Of a stretch of DNA of 52,786 nucleotides, positions 1 to 9,689 are shown one piece after another. The DNA is from Ilumatobacteraceae bacterium (GTDB lineage: Bacteria > Actinomycetota > Acidimicrobiia > Acidimicrobiales > Ilumatobacteraceae). The notes beneath the pieces are model-generated. The model ran no database searches. It saw nothing but the letters and a program-made list of their open reading frames with translations, and had not been told where the DNA came from. Location of the stretch: assembly GCA_017856815.1 (NCBI GenBank), contig JAFMEI010000001.1:1-52786 (forward strand), given 5' to 3'. The translations under genes and the position numbers were made by a program. Numbering within the stretch: position 1 is the first letter of the stretch; each line of letters opens with the position of its first letter.

Positions 1-328
1 TGGGCGCCACGGCCTTCTGGGCTGGCTTCTCAGTCTTCTTGGCGACAACCTTCTTTGCAGGAGCCTTCTTGGCGACGACCTTCTTCGCTGGAGCCTTCTT
101 TGCTGGCGCGGGCTTCTTGGCCGCCTTCTTTGCTGGGGCTTTTGCCGTGACCTTCTTCGCTGGAGCCTTCTTTGCTGGCTTTGTAGCCTTTTTCGCTGCA
201 GCCTTCTTGGCAGAGACGGCCTTTTTCGCCGGTGCCTTCTTGGCCGACTTAGGCGCCTTCTTCGCGGAAGCCTTCTTAGCGGGAGCCTTCTTGGCTGACT
301 TAGCTACTGGCTTTTTCGCTGCTGGCAT
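1..328 (-). CDS. Lys/Ala-rich histone-H1-like repeat protein, N-terminal part (ORF runs off the left edge)
   Basis: Absent from the ORF track because it has no stop in the window. The reverse strand from ATG (complement of 326-328) reads [59 protein letters not shown]... GGAGG lies 6 nt upstream. AKKAP-type tandem repeats continue to the edge. The listed + ORF 39..356 (F/A-rich) is its mirror image. Confidence 0.7.
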   Translation of the reverse strand, partial: MPAAKKPVAKSAKKAPAKKASAKKAPKSAKKAPAKKAVSAKKAAAKKATKPAKKAPAKKVTAKAPAKKAAKKPAPAKKAPAKKVVAKKAPAKKVVAKKTEKPAQKAVAP

Positions 329-358
329 GTTTACCCTCCAGTTGTCGAAGGGATGATG

Positions 359-3300
359 CTAGGCGTTCGCGGTGCTTCTCTCCACCATCAACCAAAACTT
401 GATGCCATCGAGTTCGCCATTTTCCTGAGTATCACTGTCACCGATTACCCAATTGACCTCCAGGGAAAGGGTCTCAGCGGCAATAACTGACTCAAAGGAC
501 TTGACCTTTTCAATGAGTGATGCCTCTGCCGTGACCCTGAGGCGAATTCGGTCCGAAACATCAAACCCCGCATCTCGCCTTGCCTGTTGAACTGCCCGCA
601 TGAGGTCTCGCGCGCTGCCTTCGGCTTCGAGTTCCGGGGTGACAACTGTGTCTAGAAGCACGACCCCAGCACCTGATCCGAGCGCGGCCGATGCGGTGCC
701 CTCATGGGCCGAGTTTGCAACGAATTTGCGCGTGAACTCATCTGCCTGCAGTGTCACGCCAGCAACATCAATTCCATCGCCACTTGGGGTCCACTCACCC
801 TTTTTGATGGCAGCGATCACTTTTTGGGTGTTGGGTCCAAGACGTGGACCTGCGATTGCTGGCACCAGCTGAATAACTTCAGCTGCTACAGCTGCAACGT
901 CATCAACCAGTCGCACATCCTTGACGTTCGTCTCATCGGCGATCAAGTCAGTGAACTGCTGTAGTGACGAAGCCGCAGCGCTTGCGATCGTGACACTCGC
1001 CAGCGGCAGACGCACTCGGCGTGCACTTGCTTTGCGCAATGAAAGTGTGGTCGAACACACGTCGCGTACCGCGTCCATGGTCTTTGCCAGATGCACATCA
1101 TTCGGCAGGTCAACTGCGTCAGGCCAAGATTCGAGATGCACACTTCGTGCTCCGGTCAGCCCTCGAAAGATGACTTCTGAAGTAAGCGGAAGCATTGGGG
1201 CGGTAACTCGACACAGAATGTGCATTACGGAGTGAAGGGTATTAATTGCGTCCTGATCACCAGCCCAAAACCGATCGCGACTGCGTCGGATGTACCAGTT
1301 CGTTAGAGCGTCAAGGAATGAGCGCACCTCCGAACATGCTCCAAAAAGATCATTAGCGTCCATGGTGCGAGTGGTCGACGCAACAAGCTCGGAGGCTTTC
1401 GCAAAGATATAACGATCCATTACATGATCACTTGAAAGGTTCAACTGGCCTTCACGGTTCTCTGCATTCGCGTACAAAGTGAGGAAGTACCAGGAGTTCC
1501 ACATCGGTAGAAGAATCTGGCGCACAGTTTCCTTAATGCCTGATTCAGTCACCGAGAAATCTCCCCCACGGAGAATCGAAGAGGACAGCAAATACCAACG
1601 CATTGCATCGGCCCCGTAGGTGTCAAACACCTTCATCGGATCGGGATAGTTGCGAAGGCTCTTTGACATCTTTTGGCCATCGTCACCGAGCACAATTCCG
1701 TGGCTGACACAGTTCGCAAATGCAGGACGATCAAAGAGAGCGGTTGCGAGCACGTGCAATGTGTAGAACCAGCCGCGGGTTTGACCGATGTACTCAACAA
1801 TGAAGTCACCTGGGTAGTGGTTCTCGAACCACTCTTGATTCTCAAACGGATAATGCACTTGGGCAAAGGGCATCGACCCACTTTCAAACCAGCAATCCAG
1901 AACCTCGGGGACGCGTCGCATCATTGACTTACCGGTCGGATCGTCTGGATTGGGTCGGACGAGATCATCAATCTGAGGACGATGAAGATCGGTTACATCC
2001 ATACCGAAATCGTCCTGTAATTGTTGAATACTTCCGTAAACATCGATTCGTGGATAGTTCGGGTCGTCGCTTTTCCACACTGGAATGGGTGAGCCCCAGA
2101 ACCGGTTTCGGCTTATCGCCCAGTCGCGCGCGTTGGCCAGCCATTTTCCGAATGAACCGTCCTGTAGGTGCTCAGGCACCCAAGTGATCTCGCGGTTCAG
2201 TTCGAGCATGCGATCTTTGATTGCAGTGACTTTGACAAACCACGACGACATAGCGCGGTAAACGAGCGGCTCAGCACAACGCCAACAGTGCGGGTATGAG
2301 TGATTGTAAGTGTCGTGACGAACAACAACGCCAGTTTCCTTTAGATGCCGGATCACATCTGTGTTGGCCTCAAAAACGTGCCGACCAGACCAATCTGTTA
2401 CCTCTGCCGTGTACTGACCGTGCTCATCCATCGGACAAATCGTCGGAATATTCGCAGACTGACATGTTGTTTGGTCATCTTCACCGAATCCTGGTGCCAA
2501 GTGGACGATTCCCGTTCCGTCCTCGGCCGAGACAAACTCCGCACCGATCACCTGAAATGCATTTTCCGTACTCGTGAAGTACGAAAACATCGGTGCGTAT
2601 TTCATCCCCACTAATTCATGACCCTTGATCGTCCGAGGACTTTCGACTTCACCGAGTTCGCGCTCATAAGCCGAGAGTCGTGCCTCGCCGATCACGTAAT
2701 CGTGGCCGTCTGAATGAGTGACAACTGCGTAGTCAAGATCTGGATTAACTGCAAGCGCAAGATTGGACGGAAGCGTCCACGGAGTTGTGGTCCACACCAG
2801 AAGGCGTAAACCGTTTTCCAATTGAAACCACACGGTCAAGGCGGGGTCTTGACGATCGCGGTACACGTCGTCCATTCGGGTCTCGGTGTTTGAGAGCGGT
2901 GTTTCACAGCGCCAGCAATACGCCAACACACGGAACCCCTCATAGATGAGACCCTTGTCCCACAGCGTGCGAAATGCCCACATGACACTTTCCATGTAGG
3001 TCACGTCGAGGGTCTTGTAATCATTTTCGAAGTCAACCCAACGCGCTTGTCGAGTTACGTAGCGTTCCCACTCGTCTGTGTAACGCAACACACTTGTGCG
3101 GCACGCAGCGTTGAACTTGTCAATCCCAAATTCGGTGATGCCGGGATGCCCAGAAACCCCGAGTTCTTTTTCAGCTTCAACTTCGGCGGGGAGTCCGTGA
3201 CAATCCCAACCGAACCGACGCTCGACTCGCTTGCCACGCATTGTTTGGTAACGCGGCACAGCATCTTTCACGTATCCGGTGAGAAGGTGTCCGTAGTGTG

Positions 3301-3475
3301 GCAAACCATTAGCGAATGGTGGTCCGTCATAGAAGACAAACTCGTTTTCACCTTTGGGACCCGCTTCGCGGGCTTCGATCGATGCCTGAAAGGTCCCATC
3401 CCCTGCCCAATAGTTGAGCACGTCCTCTTCCAATGCAGGAAAGTTCGGCTGTGGTTCAACGTTCGGGTACGGCAT
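359..3475 (-). CDS. ileS: isoleucine--tRNA ligase (long type-2 form)
   Basis: 1038 aa. HIGH-type motif [14 protein letters not shown] motif (GQKMSKSL), class I editing-domain architecture. AAGAGGAA lies just before the ATG. Confidence 0.95.
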   Translation of the reverse strand: MPYPNVEPQPNFPALEEDVLNYWAGDGTFQASIEAREAGPKGENEFVFYDGPPFANGLPHYGHLLTGYVKDAVPRYQTMRGKRVERRFGWDCHGLPAEVEAEKELGVSGHPGITEFGIDKFNAACRTSVLRYTDEWERYVTRQARWVDFENDYKTLDVTYMESVMWAFRTLWDKGLIYEGFRVLAYCWRCETPLSNTETRMDDVYRDRQDPALTVWFQLENGLRLLVWTTTPWTLPSNLALAVNPDLDYAVVTHSDGHDYVIGEARLSAYERELGEVESPRTIKGHELVGMKYAPMFSYFTSTENAFQVIGAEFVSAEDGTGIVHLAPGFGEDDQTTCQSANIPTICPMDEHGQYTAEVTDWSGRHVFEANTDVIRHLKETGVVVRHDTYNHSYPHCWRCAEPLVYRAMSSWFVKVTAIKDRMLELNREITWVPEHLQDGSFGKWLANARDWAISRNRFWGSPIPVWKSDDPNYPRIDVYGSIQQLQDDFGMDVTDLHRPQIDDLVRPNPDDPTGKSMMRRVPEVLDCWFESGSMPFAQVHYPFENQEWFENHYPGDFIVEYIGQTRGWFYTLHVLATALFDRPAFANCVSHGIVLGDDGQKMSKSLRNYPDPMKVFDTYGADAMRWYLLSSSILRGGDFSVTESGIKETVRQILLPMWNSWYFLTLYANAENREGQLNLSSDHVMDRYIFAKASELVASTTRTMDANDLFGACSEVRSFLDALTNWYIRRSRDRFWAGDQDAINTLHSVMHILCRVTAPMLPLTSEVIFRGLTGARSVHLESWPDAVDLPNDVHLAKTMDAVRDVCSTTLSLRKASARRVRLPLASVTIASAAASSLQQFTDLIADETNVKDVRLVDDVAAVAAEVIQLVPAIAGPRLGPNTQKVIAAIKKGEWTPSGDGIDVAGVTLQADEFTRKFVANSAHEGTASAALGSGAGVVLLDTVVTPELEAEGSARDLMRAVQQARRDAGFDVSDRIRLRVTAEASLIEKVKSFESVIAAETLSLEVNWVIGDSDTQENGELDGIKFWLMVERSTANA

Positions 3476-3511
3476 GGGTTCCTCTTGAGGTATTCCAGCA
3501 GACTGCGGCTA

Positions 3512-3766
3512 CTAAGAACAACCAAGCAGAAGTCGCATCACCACGATCTGGATAAACAACAACGCAATCAATGGTGAAAGGTCAAGCATTCCCATGCGCG
3601 GCATTACACGCCTAATGGGGCCAAGCAAGGGTTCGGTCACCAACAGGAGTTTGTTATTCACCTGTTCTGCAACACCGCCTCTGGACAATGGAAACCACGA
3701 AAGAATCACCCGGCCAAAAATCGCCAGCACATACAACTGGCAAATGAGACAGAGAAGTTCCATCAA
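3512..3766 (-). CDS. YggT/YlmG family small membrane protein
   Basis: 84 aa with two hydrophobic segments. Motifs ILSWFP and EPLLGPIRRVMP..G.LDLSP are typical of YggT. It occupies the usual position after sepF. Confidence 0.8.
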   Translation of the reverse strand: MMELLCLICQLYVLAIFGRVILSWFPLSRGGVAEQVNNKLLLVTEPLLGPIRRVMPRMGMLDLSPLIALLFIQIVVMRLLLGCS

Positions 3767-3769
3767 TAA

Positions 3770-4288
3770 TCAGCGCTGGTAGCTGTCCTGCGAACGGGCA
3801 GGTGGCTTCAGCAAGAAAACGCCAACGGCGACTTTTTCCATCGTGCCACCGACTCCGTAGCAAACTCCGCTAGCGAAATCGACGAGTCGACGCGAAATCT
3901 CACGATCGACACCTTCAAGATTCATGATCACGGGTTGTCCCTCGCGTAAGCGATCGGCAACTTCCTGCGCTTGATCAAAACGCCGAGGCTTCACAGTCAC
4001 GGGTTCGCCTGGCTGTGGCAGAGGTTTCACACCCGATGTGGTGCGAACTCCAACCGGGCGCAACGCCGCACCGGAGTCTTCGCTACTGATTCGGCGCACT
4101 GCTCCACTATCGGCCTCGCGCATCGGACGCACCGTGGGGCGACTCGCATCATCGGTGTAGTCAACACGACCCGGCTCAGGGCGCGCAGCACGGGTCGGGC
4201 GCTCCATTTCCGCCGAAGGCTCGTAGTCCTCATAGACATCATCAGGGTTAAGGCCGAGATAATCCATCGCCTTCTTCCAAATGCTCAT
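3770..4288 (-). CDS. sepF: cell division protein SepF
   Basis: 172 aa. N-terminal amphipathic MSIWKKAMDYLGL, a disordered linker, and a C-terminal SepF core (VKPRRFDQAQEVADRLREGQPVIMNLEGVD...GTMEKV). AAAGGAGG SD. Confidence 0.9.
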   Translation of the reverse strand: MSIWKKAMDYLGLNPDDVYEDYEPSAEMERPTRAARPEPGRVDYTDDASRPTVRPMREADSGAVRRISSEDSGAALRPVGVRTTSGVKPLPQPGEPVTVKPRRFDQAQEVADRLREGQPVIMNLEGVDREISRRLVDFASGVCYGVGGTMEKVAVGVFLLKPPARSQDSYQR

Positions 4289-4346
4289 GTGGGACTACCT
4301 CCTTTCCGCTGTAAGGCTAATGCACGAAATATAGGTGGAAGTGGCA

Positions 4347-4994
4347 TCACCTTGCGCCGAAAAGGACTGTTCCAAGTCGCAGCACGGTGGCACCTTCGGC
4401 AACTGCAATCGTGAAGTCAGAACTCATACCCATCGCACAGTCCGCCAAGCCCAAGGTGTTGGCCAACGATCGAAGGGATTTAAAGCACTGCCCCGTGGCC
4501 ACACTGCCGGCGCCAAGGGGCGCGATCGTCATGAGCCCAGTCGCATTGACACCTAGATCAACACACAGTGCCAACAGGTCTTCGACTTCGCCTGGTGTGC
4601 ACCCAGATTTCGACCCCTCACCAGAGATATTCACCTGCAGCATCACTTGAGCACCTGGGGCGCGTTTGGCGATCTCGCGCGCCAAACCTGCAGAGTCGAC
4701 TGTTTGCCACACGTCCACTATCGGTGCGAGTGAGCGGACCTTGTTCGATTGCACGTGCCCAATGAAGTGCAGCGGCAAGGGCTTGGTATCCGTAAATTTA
4801 GACACCGCCTCTTGGGCGTAGTTCTCACCGATTGCGTCACAGCCGCACTCGGCTGCAGCAATTGCGGCCTCCACGCCATGGGTTTTTGTGACTGCGACAA
4901 TTCGAATTGTCTCCGCCCGCTGCGCTCCAGCGATTGCGACAATCTCTGAGCGGACACGCTCGTAATTTTCCGCGACCTGCGCGGGGTTGATCAT
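4347..4994 (-). CDS. YggS/YlmE family pyridoxal-phosphate-binding protein
   Basis: 215 aa. VAVTKTHG (PLP-lysine context) and HFIGHVQSNK motifs. Conserved position between ftsZ and sepF. Confidence 0.85.
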   Translation of the reverse strand: MINPAQVAENYERVRSEIVAIAGAQRAETIRIVAVTKTHGVEAAIAAAECGCDAIGENYAQEAVSKFTDTKPLPLHFIGHVQSNKVRSLAPIVDVWQTVDSAGLAREIAKRAPGAQVMLQVNISGEGSKSGCTPGEVEDLLALCVDLGVNATGLMTIAPLGAGSVATGQCFKSLRSLANTLGLADCAMGMSSDFTIAVAEGATVLRLGTVLFGAR

Positions 4995-5000
4995 TGGCCG

Positions 5001-6101
5001 TTACTTGAGAAACGACGGCACATCAAAGTCGTCGTCATCGTCGCCGTCACTTGGACCATCGTTATCACTAAAGATGTCCTTCAAGCTTGAGCTCGGCTTT
5101 TCGCTAACTGCGCGCAGAGTTGAGCGACCGCCAGAAGACGCTTGACCACCGTCCCAACGCTCAAAGCCAGCAGCGATGACAGTGACCTTGACCTCGTCGC
5201 CCATTTCATCGTCGACGACCGTGCCAAAGATGATGTTTGCATCAGGGTGAGCAACCGCATGAACAATTTCGGCGGCTTCGTTCATCTCGAACAAGCCCAT
5301 ACTTGATGGGCCAGTGATGTTGAGCACGATTCCGCGTGCTCCATCAATTGCTGCTTCGACCAGCGGCGATGAGATGGCAGCCTTGGCCGCAATCACGGCG
5401 CGGTTGTCGCCACTTGCCTGACCGATTCCCATGAGCGCTGATCCAGCGTTCTGTAGGACCATCTTCACGTCCGCAAAGTCGGTGTTAATTAGGCCCGGTG
5501 TGGTGATGAGAGTGGTGATACCCGAGACACCCTGCATGAGAATTTCGTCTGCCATCTTGAACGCATTGATCACGCTGGTCTTGTCATTGGACATCGAGAT
5601 CAGTCGATCGTTGGGAATCACGATGAGGGTGTCCACTTTTTCTTTCAACTTCTGGATACCGGCTTCGGCCTGCGTGGCGCGACGACGACCCTCAAAAGCA
5701 AACGGTCGGGTTACAACACCAATTGTGAGCGCCCCCATTGCCTTGGCAATTTCTGCAATTACGGGTGCGGCACCTGTTCCAGTTCCGCCACCTTCGCCAG
5801 CAGTTACGAACACCATGTCGGCCCCAGAGATCATCTCTTCGATCTCATCACGATTAGCTTCAGCAGCCTCGCGGCCAACTTCTGGATCAGAACCAGCTCC
5901 AAGGCCACGGGTTAACTCCCGACCAATGTCTAACTTCACATCGGCGTCACTCAAGATGAGTGCTTGCGCATCGGTGTTGATCGCAACAAACTCAACGCCG
6001 CGCAAACCAGCGTCGATCATTCGGTTGACTGCATTGACGCCACCGCCGCCAACGCCGATGACCTTTATCACTGCCAGATAGTTCTGTGGTGCGCCGCCCA
6101 T
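5001..6101 (-). CDS. ftsZ: cell division GTPase FtsZ
   Basis: [24 protein letters not shown] tubulin signature, and C-terminal [10 protein letters not shown] peptide. Start set at the internal ATG (6101) preceded by GGAGG at 8 nt. The track ORF extends to 6167 with a non-FtsZ-like leader. Confidence 0.95.
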   Translation of the reverse strand: MGGAPQNYLAVIKVIGVGGGGVNAVNRMIDAGLRGVEFVAINTDAQALILSDADVKLDIGRELTRGLGAGSDPEVGREAAEANRDEIEEMISGADMVFVTAGEGGGTGTGAAPVIAEIAKAMGALTIGVVTRPFAFEGRRRATQAEAGIQKLKEKVDTLIVIPNDRLISMSNDKTSVINAFKMADEILMQGVSGITTLITTPGLINTDFADVKMVLQNAGSALMGIGQASGDNRAVIAAKAAISSPLVEAAIDGARGIVLNITGPSSMGLFEMNEAAEIVHAVAHPDANIIFGTVVDDEMGDEVKVTVIAAGFERWDGGQASSGGRSTLRAVSEKPSSSLKDIFSDNDGPSDGDDDDDFDVPSFLK

Positions 6102-6209
6102 TGGCGAAACCTCCGCTTCTCGGTTTGGGTATAGATGTTTCCACATCCAGCGAGGCCACATGCGCACCTAACTCTGGAAAAGCCGAATTCTGGTGAACCT
6201 GAATATGGG

Positions 6210-7313
6210 CTATTTGACGACTACCTCACCTGCAGAAACATCAATTAAGACCAGCTTTTCGGACTCAGGGCGTCTTAACACCACGACGACCGAAATCAAT
6301 TTCTGACGAATGTCATTAGGGGCACCAAATTTGATCAGGGCCCCCGATTGCAGGCTGAGGGTGATATCGCCCGCGGTGGTCACACCAAAGCGGGCAACTT
6401 TTGAGGCCAGCTCGTCGGGCATGGACATCGATAACTGCGCAGCCGCGGTGTAAACATCGGGCGCGACACTCCCGGGCGCCACGTTCGGTGCGAGGCCTGT
6501 GACTTCGAGATACCCGGTGGGCTGCCCGGTCGTTACTGCTAACACTCGCCCCTCTTCGTCAATTATGCGGAACTTTTCATCCGTGCTGCGAAACCACACT
6601 CGTGGTGTGCGTTCTGCGATATCGATCACGACCGTGTTTGGAAATTTGGTGTCAATTGATGCCTCTCGAACCCAGGGGTCGCTTTCGAGGACTTCGAGTG
6701 CGGGACCAGTATCAAGAGTAAGAATCGCATCACCTTTCAGCATCTTGGTTACTTCATCGAGAGTCTCTTGATTCGTGTACGTCGCGCCCTCTATGCGCAC
6801 TGTGGAAACCGATAGCAGCGGCGTTGTAGCAACAACAACGATTCCAATAGCCACAAATCCCGTGGCGAGCGCAAGTGCCATCCAAGCGATTGATCTGCGA
6901 CCCCGCTTGCGCCTTGGGTCAAAGCGTCGCAGTAGCCGAATGAAAAAACCGCCAGCAACGACTCGTACTTCTGTGGCTTCAGTGTCATCGCGGTTGGTAC
7001 CACCCCCACTTAGCGTTGTGTCGTCAAGATAGACAATGTCACCTACGGGGTCAGTCGAGCCAAGGCGGAGTGCGGAGTCATCTGCGAGTTCGGTTGCAAT
7101 GGGGATTGTCGCCGAAGGATCGGGCACATTGGATACAGCCGGACTCGGCGCATTAGATACAGCCGGACTCGGCGTTGATTCATCCTGGGCAACCGTTTTG
7201 GCACCAACAACCGGAGTATTGCCAAACACGGCGGAGAGCTCTTCCAACACTTCTGGGGAAATGTCGGAAGAAGAATCCACGAGATTGTGTTCAGAATCTT
7301 CGAAATTGGTCAT
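6210..7313 (-). CDS. ftsQ: cell division protein FtsQ/DivIB (long disordered N-terminal tail)
   Basis: 367 aa. About 140 aa of low-complexity cytoplasmic tail, one TM segment (IAWMALALATGFVAIGIVVV), then a POTRA-like region (VSTVRIEGATYT) and an FtsQ-type domain. Sits between murB and ftsZ. Confidence 0.8.
   Translation of the reverse strand: MTNFEDSEHNLVDSSSDISPEVLEELSAVFGNTPVVGAKTVAQDESTPSPAVSNAPSPAVSNVPDPSATIPIATELADDSALRLGSTDPVGDIVYLDDTTLSGGGTNRDDTEATEVRVVAGGFFIRLLRRFDPRRKRGRRSIAWMALALATGFVAIGIVVVATTPLLSVSTVRIEGATYTNQETLDEVTKMLKGDAILTLDTGPALEVLESDPWVREASIDTKFPNTVVIDIAERTPRVWFRSTDEKFRIIDEEGRVLAVTTGQPTGYLEVTGLAPNVAPGSVAPDVYTAAAQLSMSMPDELASKVARFGVTTAGDITLSLQSGALIKFGAPNDIRQKLISVVVVLRRPESEKLVLIDVSAGEVVVK
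7127..7174 (-). repeat. 24-bp in-frame tandem duplication inside ftsQ (2 copies, 1 mismatch)
   Basis: cattggatacagccggactcggcg (7127-7150) is followed by cattagatacagccggactcggcg (7151-7174). It encodes PSPAVSNA/PSPAVSNV in the disordered tail. Confidence 0.9.
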
Positions 7314-7344
7314 GGTGTGATGCTTGAAAAGTCAAGACCAAGGC

Positions 7345-8298
7345 TTACACAGCACCGCCGGCCGCACTGGTCATGTCTGCAGAAAAGCCCACGAGCCGAA
7401 TTTCGCTGCGCAAATCAATGCCGGCTCGGTCCTGCACCTCTTTGCGCACATGCGCCATGAGTTTGACCACATCATTGGCACTGCCTTGCGGATCGGCCTG
7501 AATGAAATTTGCATGCTTGGTCGACACTTCTGCGCTACCAATCCTGTGGCCGCGCAACCCGAGACTGTCAATCAACTCACCCGCTGAGAGTTCACCAGGA
7601 CGCGGGTTAACAAAAACAGATCCTGCGTTTTGCCCACCTGGCTGGTGTTCACGGCGCCAATGAACAATCTCGTCAATCGTCTTGGAAGCCTCGGATGGAT
7701 TGCACGCAGTGACACTAAATATCGCGTCGATTATGAGCTCGGTAGGGCGAAGTCGACTCCCTCGAAATCGAAGCCCTAGCTCATGAGCATCAACTTGGGA
7801 CAGTGTCCCCGCGGCGATGTCAAAGAGACTCACACGCACGAGTGATGCAGCAATATCGCTACCGTGCCCACCAGCGTTCATGCGTACAGCTCCCCCAACC
7901 GTGCCTGGCACCCCAACTGCCCACTCGAGTCCGCACAAGCCAAGTGCCGCGCTACGCCGCGCAAGCACAGGCAACAAAGTATTGGCGCTGACTCGCAGTT
8001 CTGGCGCCGATACCGTCGCGTCGACCACTTCGAGAACCTCTGGCAACGCATCGGTGAAAACTGCAAGACCGTCAAAACCGGTGTCTGCAATTAGGAGATT
8101 GCTTCCGCGGCCCACAATCAAAATCGGGCATTGCGTCGCAAGTAAATATTCTGAGATCTCGTCCAAATCGCGCGTTCCACTCGGATGGACTGCAGCTGCA
8201 GCCAATCCACCAACTCGGTATGTGGTCAGCGTTCCGAGTTCGGAGTCGAATTCAACCCGCGAACCAAAGTGGCGTTCGGCGAACTTGCGGTCGATCAC
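7345..8298 (-). CDS. murB: UDP-N-acetylenolpyruvoylglucosamine reductase
   Basis: 317 aa. FAD-binding PCMH-type N-terminus (TTYRVGGLA, GRGSNLL) and a MurB C-terminal region (GSVFVNP, HANFI). 4-nt overlap with the murC stop. Confidence 0.9.
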   Translation of the reverse strand: MIDRKFAERHFGSRVEFDSELGTLTTYRVGGLAAAAVHPSGTRDLDEISEYLLATQCPILIVGRGSNLLIADTGFDGLAVFTDALPEVLEVVDATVSAPELRVSANTLLPVLARRSAALGLCGLEWAVGVPGTVGGAVRMNAGGHGSDIAASLVRVSLFDIAAGTLSQVDAHELGLRFRGSRLRPTELIIDAIFSVTACNPSEASKTIDEIVHWRREHQPGGQNAGSVFVNPRPGELSAGELIDSLGLRGHRIGSAEVSTKHANFIQADPQGSANDVVKLMAHVRKEVQDRAGIDLRSEIRLVGFSADMTSAAGGAV

Positions 8299-9689
8299 TG
8301 TTTAACCTTTGCGATCAGCTGGGTCGGGAAATGCTCGATATCGCCACAACCCATAGACACGCAAACATCGCCCTCACGCAACTCGGCAGCAACAGCATCC
8401 ACGAGTTCATCTCGTGACTCAATGTATTGAATCCGGGTGTCAGGATTTACGGCGAGGACCGCATCGACAACAAGCTGACCCGTAACTCCTTCGATGAAGG
8501 TGGTTCCCGAGGAATACACGTTATTGATGTAAACGATGTCAGCAGCTTTGAACGCGTTGGCATATTCATGCGACATCACCGCCATGCGATTGAAACGATT
8601 CGGTTGAAACACGGCAATTAATCGGCCTTGGATTTGGCGGTCAGCACGCATTGCTCCAAGCACCGCTGCGATTTCTGCGGGCAAGTGGGCGTAGTCGTCT
8701 ACAAGCTCTGCGCCGTTCGCTTCACCCCGCGCTTCACATCGCCGAAGTGCACCCTGGTATTTACTTAAAGCCTTGACGGCAATGTTTGGATCCACCCCGA
8801 GTTCGCAGGCGAGCGCAAATACACCGAGTGCATTCGCTGCATTGTGAGCACCGATGACGTTCAAGGTCACCGAGTAGGTACCGAGCAACGCATTCTGAAC
8901 ACGAAACTTCACTTGTCCCCCGCCGAGGGTCAGTGACGAGCCCTTGTAGTCAGCGCGTTCAGAAAAGCCGCACGTGGTGACGGCCATGCCGTTGGCAATT
9001 ACAGCGAGGTCAGGGTCATCAACATTCACAACCGCTTTACTTGACGCCTGAATAAACGCGGCAAAACTTTCCTTAATCGCTTCAAAACTTCCAAAATGAT
9101 CCAAATGGTCAGTGTCAATGTTTGTCACAACAGATGCATAAACAGGTAAATGGGAATGAGTGCCGTCACTTTCGTCGGCCTCTACTACGAAATACTCCCC
9201 ACCCGACCACCGCGCGCTCGTGAGTTCATCTGAACCGCTGACAAACCCTGGAATGTCCCCACCAATCAGAAACGAAGGATTCATGTCGGCCTCAGTCAGT
9301 ACGAGCGCAAGCATTGCTGATGAAGTTGTTTTGCCATGCGTGCCCGCAACTGCCACAGCTTTCGCGCGAGCGCACACTCCAGCGAGCATTTCCGCTCTCC
9401 GGACCCGAGCTATGCCCTTTGAACCAGCCGCTTCCCATTCGATATTGCTCTCGGGGATGATGCTTGAAGCCACCACGTAGTCAGCCCCATCAACTGCAGT
9501 TGCATCGTGGCCGATCAAAACTTTGGCACCGGCTTTGCGCACGCGATCCAGAACAGGCAAATCTCGCAAATCACTTCCCGTCACATGGTGACCCATTTCG
9601 GCGAGAACAGTAGCGAGTGCACTCATTCCGGGTCCGGCGATTCCGATCACATGGATGCGCCGCCTTTGCGAAAGATCAACCGGGTTCAT
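8295..9689 (-). CDS. murC: UDP-N-acetylmuramate--L-alanine ligase
   Basis: 464 aa. HVIGIAGPGMSALA Rossmann N-terminus, GTHGKTTSSAM P-loop, Mur ligase middle and C-terminal domains. Confidence 0.93.
   Translation of the reverse strand: MNPVDLSQRRRIHVIGIAGPGMSALATVLAEMGHHVTGSDLRDLPVLDRVRKAGAKVLIGHDATAVDGADYVVASSIIPESNIEWEAAGSKGIARVRRAEMLAGVCARAKAVAVAGTHGKTTSSAMLALVLTEADMNPSFLIGGDIPGFVSGSDELTSARWSGGEYFVVEADESDGTHSHLPVYASVVTNIDTDHLDHFGSFEAIKESFAAFIQASSKAVVNVDDPDLAVIANGMAVTTCGFSERADYKGSSLTLGGGQVKFRVQNALLGTYSVTLNVIGAHNAANALGVFALACELGVDPNIAVKALSKYQGALRRCEARGEANGAELVDDYAHLPAEIAAVLGAMRADRQIQGRLIAVFQPNRFNRMAVMSHEYANAFKAADIVYINNVYSSGTTFIEGVTGQLVVDAVLAVNPDTRIQYIESRDELVDAVAAELREGDVCVSMGCGDIEHFPTQLIAKVKQ

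Noticed and set aside
39-356. 105-aa + strand ORF made of F/A/G repeats ([16 protein letters not shown]...)
   Set aside because: It is the mirror image of a much more plausible minus-strand Lys/Ala-rich gene, which has an SD and an ATG at 328. The + frame has no SD and an implausible composition.
3476-3511. Looked for a T-box leader upstream of ileS
   Set aside because: Only 36 nt separate ileS from the upstream yggT stop. No specifier or T-box sequence can fit.
4334-4344. GGTGGAAGTGG upstream of sepF resembles the boxes in the mraZ promoter
   Set aside because: It is a single short occurrence on the opposite strand with no phased partners, which is compatible with chance.
5431-6081. Long antisense ORFs inside well-supported genes. 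This 216-aa ORF lies opposite ftsZ. Others are 20801-21580, 30364-30933, 41624-42535, 46046-46741 and 46748-47512.
   Set aside because: These are shadow ORFs opposite genes with strong family motifs. Their compositions are R/S/P/A-rich and they have no SD or independent signals.
6102-6167. N-terminal extensions suggested by the longest-ORF calls. These affect ftsZ, murG (10856-10930), trpD (31425-31559), the Fur-family gene (34674-34769), LLM (44802-45059), GT4, rarD and the 167-aa membrane protein.
   Set aside because: The extensions overlap upstream genes or lack family-like sequence. Internal starts give canonical N-termini, and some gain an SD or an ATGA-type coupling.
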